IMG/VR virus record: IMGVR_UViG_3300008807_000172
Span: 1-48,555 of that record
Direction: 5' to 3' (one strand)
DNA from: a virus
Length of the DNA stretch: 48,555 bases
Under the pieces are notes generated by a model. The model did no database searches. It was not told where the DNA came from and saw only the letters and a program-made list of their open reading frames with translations. Made by a program: the position numbers and the translations under genes. Every line of letters starts with the position of its first letter. The stretch's first letter is position 1. Shown piece by piece: positions 41,686-48,555 of the stretch.

Positions 41686-41979
41686 ATGGTGAATCATCTA
41701 CATACCATAGTTCTCGCTGCGTCCGCGTTGCTGGTTGTCCAGAAGAACACGACCGCAGAGAACAAGGCCTGCCGCAAGCGCCGCAAGGCTGCCATCACTT
41801 ACCTGACGGACGAGGTCGCCCGGCCCCTGTCCGCACGCGATGACCCGCAGGCCCGTAGCGAGGCTGTCGAGTGGCTGTTACGGCAATGCCGGGCCTGTAG
41901 CCGCTGTCCAAAGCCGCTCAAGTCGCCAGGGCATACGTCCGCTTCAGCTGACCCCGCACGTCCTCGCGTACCTCGGTGA
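41686..41979 (+). CDS. Doubtful ORF (97 aa) in the convergent gap
   Basis: ATG 41686; N-terminal hydrophobic stretch; 3' end overlaps primase gene end by 62 nt. Confidence 0.25.
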   Translation: MVNHLHTIVLAASALLVVQKNTTAENKACRKRRKAAITYLTDEVARPLSARDDPQARSEAVEWLLRQCRACSRCPKPLKSPGHTSASADPARPRVPR

Positions 41980-44215
41980 CCATCTCGCCCTCGATCAGGG
42001 CGGCCACGATGGAGCGCACCCGGTTGGTGTCCAGGCGGCCCCGGATCTTGCGCGTCAGCTCGGCCTGCGTGATCCGACCCTTGCCTTCGGCGCCGCCCGC
42101 CTCGATCAGGCCCAGAACCATCTGCTGCTCGGCCTGACGGTCGTTCTCGCTCATGAACCGGCCCGTCTCGGCGATCATGCGCTCGGCCGACCATAGGGCC
42201 AGGTCGCGGCCCCAGGCCATGTCCTCGGCGGTGACGGCCGGCGCGTCTTGATCAATGCCGATCGCGCGGATCGTGGCCAGGCGAACGGCCATCTCGGCGG
42301 TGCGGGCGAGGAAGGATTCATCGGCCTCGCGGGACTCGATGTGCCGCCCCAACGCCTGATAGACCTCGCGTCCGCCCGGTCCCCAGGGCACGATGTGCGC
42401 GGGGGCGTCGGCGCCCAGGTTGTGGGCGGTGGCGTTGGCCAAGGCATTGCCGGCGTAGAAGATGCGGTCCAGCGCCGCCTTGATCGACTCGGGCAGGACG
42501 TTGCCATCGACGCTCGGATCAACCTCGGCCGGGCGCACCCGCGTGGAGATGACCAGGAAGCGGTTGAGGAATCCGTTGTGGACGTCGGCGCCCTGCAGCG
42601 CGCGATAGAACTCCTCCTGCGTGCTGGCGCCGTAGATCGACAGGGCCGGGCTGTGGATGATCCGGCTCGGCTCGTTGGCGTACTCCGGCGTCGGGAAGCT
42701 CTTGAACGAGATGCCCCAGGCCGTGCGCAGGATGCCGCTGATCGCCTGCTCGTGGCTGGACGAGCTCTTGCGGTTGTTGATCTTGGCCAGGAAGCTGCCG
42801 AACTCGTCCATGGCGCATAGCACCAGCGGGTGGCGGTCAAGCCGCTTGACGACCGACGAGTAGGACATGAACTGGCTGGGCCCATGCTCGCGCGGCATGA
42901 CCGCGGGCATGACCTGGTTGATCTGGTCCAGCGCGTGGTTCTTGCCCGCCCCCGTGGGCGCCAGCGCCAGCACGTACAGGTGCGTGGCCGAGCGCGTCGG
43001 GCCGGCGAACTTGCGGCCGGCGGCCGTGCCCACCAGCGTGAGCGCGGCGCCCAGGGCCAGGCCCGGCTGCGGCTTGCGGCCGGAGTCGGTGATCCAGTGG
43101 GTCAGGGCGCCGAGGAGGCCGGGAACCTGCAGGAGGTGGGGGGGAATCTCCTCGGAATCTATGCACGTTGACGCGACCTGTTCAGATTTTTCCGGAATCT
43201 GCACAGGTTCGGGAACAGGCGCAGGCGCCGGCGCCACAAACACCGGCTCCGCCCCCATATCCAACCGATCCTTCAGCCACCGGAACGCATCGTCGAGCGC
43301 CCAGTTGTTGGCCGCGCACACCAGGTCGAGCGGGCTGTAGGCCACGTCGGCGCCGAAGTCGCGGATGCCCTCGGGGTGGATCTTCAGGTTCTTCTTGCGC
43401 TTCTCCAGCCGCTCGCCGGTTCCGCTCGGGCGCCAGGTGGCGACGGCCTCGTATCCCCCGCGCGCCGGCCGCAGTCCGTACAGGTCGAGCGCCGGCACCC
43501 ATGCCGCCATGTTGCGCATGGCCGCGTCGTTGACCTCCTGCCAGATGCTCGGATCGTCATCGTGCCGCTCGAGCGGGCGGCGGCTGACGCGCGCGGCCTC
43601 GGCCACGTCCCCGCCCCAGCCCAGGTGCGCCAGCGTGTCCTCAAGCCGCTCCAGACAGGTCTCGTCGAACAGGGGCAACTCATGCGCGGCCACCGGCCCG
43701 GCCATCCAGCGGTAGGTGGGCCCGTGCGGGTGGACGGACGGCGGCATGACCGTCTGGCGCCCGGCCGCCAGCAGGTCGACGACCCGCTTGCCCTTGATGT
43801 TGTAGCCCTTGGACGTCAGCGTCGGCGGCGCACGGAAGAAGGCCGACAGGCCCTTGGCGCCGGTCTTGATCATCGGGCTGGCCGGAATGGCGGACCTGAT
43901 CTCGGCCACCTCGTCGGGGTCGTGGCTGTCGATGTCGATGACCAGCAGGCGGTGCGCGCCGATGGCCGTGCCCACGACCACGCCGACGTTCGCCTCGGCC
44001 CAAGACTTCCAGGCCGTCAACTCGAACACCGTCGGCGCCCGGTCGCGGAACTGCGGCCAGGCGGTCAGCGCGCGCCACCGCCCGTTCGACCGCTCGCCCG
44101 GCGCCTTGTCGCGCGGTAGGCAGGGGATCGGGTGGTAGCCCAGTGCGCACAGCTGCTCGTAGGCCTGGGCGAAGGGGGAGTCGTTGGGGGGTGACATCGA
44201 GGGACTCGGATTCAT
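41918..44215 (-). CDS. Bifunctional primase-polymerase (PrimPol) N-domain fused to DUF3987-type P-loop helicase
   Basis: LLVIDIDSHD, MPPSVHPHGPTYRW in N-domain; LALAPTGAGKN Walker A and LCAMDEFG Walker B in C-domain. Confidence 0.8.
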   Translation of the reverse strand: MNPSPSMSPPNDSPFAQAYEQLCALGYHPIPCLPRDKAPGERSNGRWRALTAWPQFRDRAPTVFELTAWKSWAEANVGVVVGTAIGAHRLLVIDIDSHDPDEVAEIRSAIPASPMIKTGAKGLSAFFRAPPTLTSKGYNIKGKRVVDLLAAGRQTVMPPSVHPHGPTYRWMAGPVAAHELPLFDETCLERLEDTLAHLGWGGDVAEAARVSRRPLERHDDDPSIWQEVNDAAMRNMAAWVPALDLYGLRPARGGYEAVATWRPSGTGERLEKRKKNLKIHPEGIRDFGADVAYSPLDLVCAANNWALDDAFRWLKDRLDMGAEPVFVAPAPAPVPEPVQIPEKSEQVASTCIDSEEIPPHLLQVPGLLGALTHWITDSGRKPQPGLALGAALTLVGTAAGRKFAGPTRSATHLYVLALAPTGAGKNHALDQINQVMPAVMPREHGPSQFMSYSSVVKRLDRHPLVLCAMDEFGSFLAKINNRKSSSSHEQAISGILRTAWGISFKSFPTPEYANEPSRIIHSPALSIYGASTQEEFYRALQGADVHNGFLNRFLVISTRVRPAEVDPSVDGNVLPESIKAALDRIFYAGNALANATAHNLGADAPAHIVPWGPGGREVYQALGRHIESREADESFLARTAEMAVRLATIRAIGIDQDAPAVTAEDMAWGRDLALWSAERMIAETGRFMSENDRQAEQQMVLGLIEAGGAEGKGRITQAELTRKIRGRLDTNRVRSIVAALIEGEMVTEVREDVRGQLKRTYALAT

Positions 44216-44218
44216 GGC

Positions 44219-44452
44219 CTAGAACGGCACCCCATCCGGCCCCACGGGCGAGTTGCAGCCGAAGGAGTCGACCCACGCCTCCATGGCGGCGCCGAACGAG
44301 CCGGCCACCAGGATGAAGCAGAACTGCTCCCACTGGGCGACGTTCAGCTTCTTGAGGTCCGATACGCCGATGCTGTCGAGGTAGGCGCCGCCCTTGGCCC
44401 CACCCTTGCGCACGGCGTTCTGGTCGATCTTGAACAGGGGTTGCTCGGTCAT
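44219..44452 (-). CDS. Hypothetical protein (77 aa)
   Basis: Coupled ORF directly upstream of primase. Confidence 0.5.
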   Translation of the reverse strand: MTEQPLFKIDQNAVRKGGAKGGAYLDSIGVSDLKKLNVAQWEQFCFILVAGSFGAAMEAWVDSFGCNSPVGPDGVPF

Positions 44453-44616
44453 TGCGCGGGGATGCTCTCTTCCAGCAGCTGCCGATCCTCGGCGCTGTCC
44501 ATGTACGGTTCGATCGGCGGCAGGCCCTGCCCGCGCAGCCAGCGGTTCACGCCCTCGCGGATGGCCGCGTCGAAGCGGGCCAGGCGGAAGGCGGATGGGC
44601 GGGGTTGGTCGGTCAT
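44449..44616 (-). CDS. Hypothetical protein (55 aa, below track cut-off)
   Basis: Own translation MTDQPRPSAFRLARFDAAIREGVNRWLRGQGLPPIEPYMDSAEDRQLLEESIPAQ; ATGA overlaps at both ends. Confidence 0.4.
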   Translation of the reverse strand: MTDQPRPSAFRLARFDAAIREGVNRWLRGQGLPPIEPYMDSAEDRQLLEESIPAQ

Positions 44617-44885
44617 GGCGCCCTCCGCAGGCGCGGGTAGGCGAGCCCGTGGCGGCGCGCGTGCGCCTGGGCGCCGGTGACTACGGAGGAGTGGTCGCGA
44701 TGTAGCAGCTTCCCGATGCGGGTCACGGCGAATCGGCGGCGACCGTCACGCTCAACCGACATCAGGCGGAACATGGCCTCCTGCCGGGCGTGGGCCACTG
44801 TTCGGCGCTTGGTCTGCGACACCATTTCGGTAATGCTGACCCGGCGCTCGGCGGCGACCTGGGCGAGAATTTCGCGCATGGTCAT
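44613..44885 (-). CDS. DnaA domain IV-like HTH protein (90 aa)
   Basis: Only the last 90 aa of the 331-aa track ORF: RRTVAHARQEAMFRLM...IGKLLHRDHSSVVTG resembles DnaA C-terminal DNA-binding domain. Confidence 0.55.
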   Translation of the reverse strand: MTMREILAQVAAERRVSITEMVSQTKRRTVAHARQEAMFRLMSVERDGRRRFAVTRIGKLLHRDHSSVVTGAQAHARRHGLAYPRLRRAP

Positions 44886-45517
44886 GCCAGCACCGGGAAT
44901 TGCTCGACCACGATGTTCCAGCAGGCCTCGGCCACGGCCCGGTGCTCGGCCTGGGTCTCGGGGCCCATGCGCAGGTGGCAGTAGTGCAGCCACGAGCGCA
45001 GGGTGCCGGCCATGTACAGACGGCTGGGGGTCAGCCCTTCGGGTAGCAGCGCGCGGGCCTGCTCCTTCGCGATGCCCAGGCCAAGGGCCGCCTCGTACAG
45101 CCGCTTGCTGTGCTCGGCCTGACTGATCAGGGCGCGTCGCCACCAGTTCGCCACGGTCTCGTCGGCGCAGGGGAGCGAAGACTGCCGGTCGCTCGGGTGC
45201 CGCATGCGGCACTCGCGCTCGTGCGTCAGGGCGCCGACCGCCGCGTACCGCTGGCTGAACTCCTGAAACGAGAACGAGCGGTGCCGCAGGATCTGCCGGG
45301 CGATGTCCCTGGTCGTCTCGATCTCGATGGTCAGGCTGACCATCTCCAGAGGCGACCACTCCTTGCGCCGAATGAGTGACTTGATCAGCCGAGCGCCGGT
45401 GGCGTGGTTGTTCTGGTTCGCGGCGCTGGACACGCGGGCGCAGTAGGCCAGCAGTTGCTCCGCCCCCGCGACGCCCTCGACGACGGGGCGGCTGATGGCG
45501 ATGAGGCGGGCGGTCAT
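44882..45517 (-). CDS. thyX: FAD-dependent thymidylate synthase ThyX
   Basis: RHRSFSFQEFSQRY signature; ATG 45517 in ATGA overlap. Confidence 0.9.
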   Translation of the reverse strand: MTARLIAISRPVVEGVAGAEQLLAYCARVSSAANQNNHATGARLIKSLIRRKEWSPLEMVSLTIEIETTRDIARQILRHRSFSFQEFSQRYAAVGALTHERECRMRHPSDRQSSLPCADETVANWWRRALISQAEHSKRLYEAALGLGIAKEQARALLPEGLTPSRLYMAGTLRSWLHYCHLRMGPETQAEHRAVAEACWNIVVEQFPVLA

Positions 45518-45954
45518 GCGGCCACCGGCATCTCGGCCCGGCCCCGCCGCCGCTCGCATGGATCGTAGGTCGGGCGCGGGTTTTCGATAGCCTCCTCACA
45601 GGCGGCAACTCCCTGATCCGTGAGGAAGTAACCGAGCCCCCAACTCGTACCGATGGCGGGTCGGCCGATCTTGTTGCGCAGTTTGCAGACGAAGACGTCG
45701 ATGATCTTGCACTCGGGCTCGTCCATGCCGCCGTACATGGCGTCCATCAGGCCCTGCTTGGTGACCACCGCGCCGGATCGGGCGAACAGGGCATCCAGAA
45801 GGGTTGCTTCCTTGCCGGTCAGTCGCCAACGGTTCTTGAACGCGGCCATGCGCTCGCCGTCGCGGACCAGGTTGAGCTCGCGCCGGAGGTAGTCGTTCTC
45901 CTCCCTCAACGTCTCCAGCTTCTCGTATAGGTCGTTGGCTTGTTGCGGTGTCAT
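45514..45954 (-). CDS. OmpR/PhoB-type winged-helix DNA-binding protein with N-terminal coiled coil
   Basis: LTGKEATLLDALFARSGAVVTKQGLMDAMYG...IDVFVCKLRNKI...WGLGYFL. Confidence 0.65.
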   Translation of the reverse strand: MTPQQANDLYEKLETLREENDYLRRELNLVRDGERMAAFKNRWRLTGKEATLLDALFARSGAVVTKQGLMDAMYGGMDEPECKIIDVFVCKLRNKIGRPAIGTSWGLGYFLTDQGVAACEEAIENPRPTYDPCERRRGRAEMPVAA

Positions 45955-47573
45955 GCCGCCCCCCTTTCCAAATCGGTTTCAAAGGTCCGCGTAGCGATCC
46001 GCCAGAACTTGCCGTCGGGCTGGACTGTGATCGTTGCGGGCATCGTCAGCTCGTCCCAACGCACGGAGCACTCCTCCGCGGTCGTGGGCACGGGCAGGGA
46101 CCCGCCATGCTGGCGCCACCACTGGCCCGCCTTGCGCGCAGGATAGCCGCCGTGCTCGATCAGCACGAAGTCGCGGTACGCCTGCATGCCGGCCAGGATG
46201 TCGACCTGCAGGTACTTCGGCTTGCCCTGGTGGTTGACGATGCGCTTGCTCCAGCTGTGGACGCGCAGGGGTTCGACGGCCTTGGCCTGGATCTCGCGCG
46301 TCAGGATCGGCGCATCGTCCGCCCGCGTGTCGTGCTCGACGCTAACCGGCCATTCGTGGCCGCAGTCCTTGCAGACGCGGGCGTTGAGGGCGCACAGCGC
46401 CTCGCAGCGCGGGCACTCCTTGGCGCGCACGGCGTCGGCGTCCACCTTCATGGAGGCGCCCTTGCGCCTGGTCTCGATCTCGATGGCGTCGACCGGACCC
46501 AAGCGCCGCACGTTGCCCGCATAGTCGAGCACTAGGCAGTCGGCCTTGCCCTCGCAGAGCCGGGTGCCGCGCCCGAGGGTCTGGACGTACAGGCCCTTGC
46601 TCCGGGTCGGCCGCAACAGGGCGATCATGTCCACATTCGGCGCATCGAAGCCGGTGGTCAGCACGCCCACGCTGGTCAGCGCGCGGATACGCCCGGCTCT
46701 GAACTCGCGGATCAGGTGGTCGCGCTCGCCGGCGGGCGTGTCCCCGGTCACGCAGGCGGCCGAGACTCCGGCGCTGCGCAACGCTTCCGTCACATGGTCG
46801 GCGTGCTTGACCCCGGCGCAGAACACCAACCAGGACCGGCGGTCGCTGGCGCGCGCCTGCATGTCGGCCACGGCCGCCCGGGTCAGCGCGTCATCGTCCG
46901 CGGCCGCCTCCAGCTGCCCGGCGATGAACTCGCCGCCACGGCTGCCCACGCCCGAGACGTCGATCTCCGCCGCGCCCCGCTTGCTGACCAGCGGCGACAG
47001 CCACCCGTCCTCGATCCCGGCCCCGACGCCGTAGCTGTAGACCACCTCGTCGAACAGCCGCTCGTCGCCCTCGTCCAGGCGGCCAGAGTCCATGCGGTAG
47101 GGCGTGGCCGAGAAGCCGGCGACGCGCAGGTCCGGCACCTGTTCCCGCAGGTCCGTCAGCAGGCGCCGGTACATGCCGTCGCCCCCGTTCGGGACCAGGT
47201 GCGCCTCGTCGATCAGGACCAGGTGGCGAGGCCCGAGCTCGGCGGCCTTGCGATAGACCGACTGGATGCTGGCGAAGCAGATGCGTTCGTGCGCGTCCCG
47301 GCGGCCAAGGCCGGCCGAGTAGATGCCTGCGGGCGCCTCGGGCCACAGGCGCAAGAGGGCCTGGTAGTTTTGGCTGACCAGCTCCCGCACGTGCACCAGC
47401 ATGAGCACCCGCATCTGGGGGTAGGCGTCCAACAGGTCGCGCGTCAACTTGGCGATGACGACCGACTTGCCCAGGCCCGTTGCCAGATCGACTAGAGGGT
47501 TACCGCCTCCGGCCCGCCAGTAATCCATGACGGCGGTGATGGAGTCGGATTGGTAGGGGCGGGGGGTCAGCAT
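45951..47573 (-). CDS. SF2 DEAD/DEAH-box helicase
   Basis: ATGLGKS Walker A, LIDEAHL, FSATP, TGFDAPNV, QTLGRGTR; Cys4 cluster CPRC...CKDC. Confidence 0.85.
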   Translation of the reverse strand: MLTPRPYQSDSITAVMDYWRAGGGNPLVDLATGLGKSVVIAKLTRDLLDAYPQMRVLMLVHVRELVSQNYQALLRLWPEAPAGIYSAGLGRRDAHERICFASIQSVYRKAAELGPRHLVLIDEAHLVPNGGDGMYRRLLTDLREQVPDLRVAGFSATPYRMDSGRLDEGDERLFDEVVYSYGVGAGIEDGWLSPLVSKRGAAEIDVSGVGSRGGEFIAGQLEAAADDDALTRAAVADMQARASDRRSWLVFCAGVKHADHVTEALRSAGVSAACVTGDTPAGERDHLIREFRAGRIRALTSVGVLTTGFDAPNVDMIALLRPTRSKGLYVQTLGRGTRLCEGKADCLVLDYAGNVRRLGPVDAIEIETRRKGASMKVDADAVRAKECPRCEALCALNARVCKDCGHEWPVSVEHDTRADDAPILTREIQAKAVEPLRVHSWSKRIVNHQGKPKYLQVDILAGMQAYRDFVLIEHGGYPARKAGQWWRQHGGSLPVPTTAEECSVRWDELTMPATITVQPDGKFWRIATRTFETDLERGAA

Positions 47574-48555
47574 GCGCCGGTCTCCGCGTCCATGAAGGCG
47601 CCGATTACTTGCGCGGCTTCTTGCGGGACGATGGCGTTACCGAATCCGCGCCACTTAGCCACTCGGGCGGATACCCCATGAGCCAGCAGGGGAAAGCCGG
47701 GTTCGGGGACCCTGCGCTGCTTTTGATCGTGGCATAGGAGCCAATCGGCTCCAGCCCAGAACGAGCCGTTGCGTCGGTCAACGCCATGTGTGCGTTCAGG
47801 GCGACCTGCTGACCCTTGCTGATCCTGCGAAGCACGGTGTGTGGGTTCTCCGAATGCTTCTGAACGTCGCTCGCCTCCGGCGTTCCCCAAAAAGACCCGT
47901 GCATCTGCGCCGGCAACGGCTGGCCGCCCGCTCCGAAACTCTGGTTCGGCCCGCCCTTCTCTCCGTCCGTGGCGCGAGGTGTCGACCACTGCTTGATCGC
48001 GTTGGGCAACCCGATCTGCGCCTTGGTTCCATCCGGTCGCAAGCCCGTAGGTGATGTTCCCGGCGGGTTCGAACGGCCGCCCGCAAGATCGGCAGCGGCT
48101 GGGGTGGGCCACACTGACGAAAGCCGCTGCATCGACTCGCCCAAGTAGAGGGGTGTCGTGCGTTGGCCCGCGTTGCGCAGCCGGAAGTCCGCCGATTTCT
48201 GCAGCGTCTCGTCCGCGCGTGGGCGATCCACCCCGGTCGGAGTCGGCCAGTGGCTGAACGCCATATAATCGTTCAGGTTGGACATCCCGTGACCGTTCGC
48301 TTTGTGCTTCGCCACGTACTCCGGGGTGTGCGGCGGGAAGTGATCCCTCGCCGTTGGCGTCGGCCACGGCGCACCAGTAGAGCCGCTGTCTGATATGGGG
48401 GGCGTCCACGGCGCAAGCCGGGATATCGACGCCCCGGCTGGCGTAGTCTTCTCCCGCCAGATCAGCGCGCACTCCGTCGAGCCAACCATAGCCAGCCTTT
48501 CCCGCAACCTGCTCTCCCATGACGACAGGGGGCCGGCAGGCACGGATGAGGCGAA
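47567..48555 (-). CDS. DNA (cytosine-5)-methyltransferase, C-terminal part of the junction-spanning gene (frame A)
   Basis: VVMGEQV, APHIRQRLYW (motif VIII), FWAGADWLLC, GFGNAIVPQEAAQVI (motif X); middle part low-complexity, see findings. Confidence 0.75.
   Translation of the reverse strand, partial: RLIRACRPPVVMGEQVAGKAGYGWLDGVRADLAGEDYASRGVDIPACAVDAPHIRQRLYWCAVADANGEGSLPAAHPGVRGEAQSERSRDVQPERLYGVQPLADSDRGGSPTRGRDAAEIGGLPAAQRGPTHDTPLLGRVDAAAFVSVAHPSRCRSCGRPFEPAGNITYGLATGWNQGADRVAQRDQAVVDTSRHGRREGRAEPEFRSGRPAVAGADARVFLGNAGGERRSEAFGEPTHRASQDQQGSAGRPERTHGVDRRNGSFWAGADWLLCHDQKQRRVPEPGFPLLAHGVSARVAKWRGFGNAIVPQEAAQVIGAFMDAETGAC
47605..48489 (-). CDS. Same-strand alternate-frame ORF (frame B) inside the methyltransferase gene: W-x-T-P-x3-D repeat protein or TRD
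   Basis: WPTPTARD, WPTPTGVD, WPTPAAAD, WSTPRATDGEKGGPNQ, WGTPEASD, NPAFPCWLMGYPPEW; G/C-rich third positions; ATG 48489 preceded by GGGAAAGG. Confidence 0.45.
   Translation of the reverse strand: MVGSTECALIWREKTTPAGASISRLAPWTPPISDSGSTGAPWPTPTARDHFPPHTPEYVAKHKANGHGMSNLNDYMAFSHWPTPTGVDRPRADETLQKSADFRLRNAGQRTTPLYLGESMQRLSSVWPTPAAADLAGGRSNPPGTSPTGLRPDGTKAQIGLPNAIKQWSTPRATDGEKGGPNQSFGAGGQPLPAQMHGSFWGTPEASDVQKHSENPHTVLRRISKGQQVALNAHMALTDATARSGLEPIGSYATIKSSAGSPNPAFPCWLMGYPPEWLSGADSVTPSSRKKPRK
48457..48555. repeat. 99-bp terminal direct repeat, copy 2
   Basis: Identical to 1-99. Confidence 0.95.

Larger units (their letters stand above)
1..48555. mobile_element. Complete circularly closed temperate phage / excised prophage genome (48,456 bp unique) with T7-like podovirus structural gene order
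   Basis: 1-99 identical to 48457-48555; a gene is split over the window ends; integrase, excisionase, CI/Cro, replication, packaging, capsid, tail and lysis modules all present. Confidence 0.85.

Noticed and set aside
44613-45608. 331-aa minus-strand ORF
   Set aside because: Only the last 90 aa look like protein (DnaA-domain-IV-like). The upstream part is the off-frame of thyX, which carries an unambiguous ThyX signature.
1-48555. Phage-encoded single-subunit RNA polymerase, DNA polymerase, tRNA genes
   Set aside because: No ORF showed the expected size or motifs, and no cloverleaf-like sequence was noticed. Absence rests on visual inspection only.

Overview
The window is a complete, circularly closed, high-GC temperate phage or excised prophage genome. 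Bases 1-99 are identical to 48457-48555, so the unique length is 48,456 bp, and one gene (a C5 DNA methyltransferase) spans the junction. All calls come from reading the sequence and the ORF track and recognising motifs; no searches were run.

Gene layout:
- A CI-like/Cro-like switch at 3.55-4.2 kb separates two early arms.
- The leftward early operon runs Cro, RusA, Sak4-like ATPase, DUF669, two small ORFs, PD-(D/E)XK nuclease, C5-MTase, then across the junction to SF2 helicase, wHTH, ThyX, a DnaA-domain-IV-like protein and a PrimPol/DUF3987 primase-helicase.
- The rightward arm runs CI, QueD-like, DpdA-like, unknowns, a SLOG/DUF2493 protein, Xis and Int, ending at a putative attP near 9.1-9.3 kb.
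- A long leftward late operon (35981 down to 9797) has T7-like order. It runs TerS-like, spanins Rz/Rz1, an HTH-metallophosphoesterase, TerL, portal, scaffold, major capsid, tail tubular A/B, three internal core proteins, two tail fibres, holin and endolysin. No phage RNA polymerase is present.
- A rightward operon of about 14 small genes (36.4-41.5 kb) includes a pentapeptide-repeat protein.

Most noteworthy observations:
1. The methyltransferase gene contains a second same-strand reading frame with its own W-x-T-P-x3-D repeat architecture and a coding-like third-position bias.
2. An exact 11-mer (minus-strand CGTGCGTTGAG) occurs 7 times, always in the same orientation. Six copies lie just upstream of late gene starts; the seventh is inside the 3' coding end of 29334..29774, about 68 nt upstream of the next start.
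3. A control region at 35982-36393 is packed with copies of the 11-mer CACTGCTTCAC in direct and inverted arrangement.
4. A QueD-like/DpdA-like/SLOG island suggests 7-deazaguanine-type DNA modification with an incomplete precursor pathway.
5. A family of 15-bp GTNGC-N5-GCNAC operators is dispersed over at least five promoter regions.
6. Two paralogous TTG-initiated ~100-aa proteins sit at different places in the late operon.
7. Two plus-strand membrane-protein genes are inserted between the two tail-fibre genes.

Many long ORFs in the track are antisense or off-frame shadows typical of GC-rich DNA and were not called.
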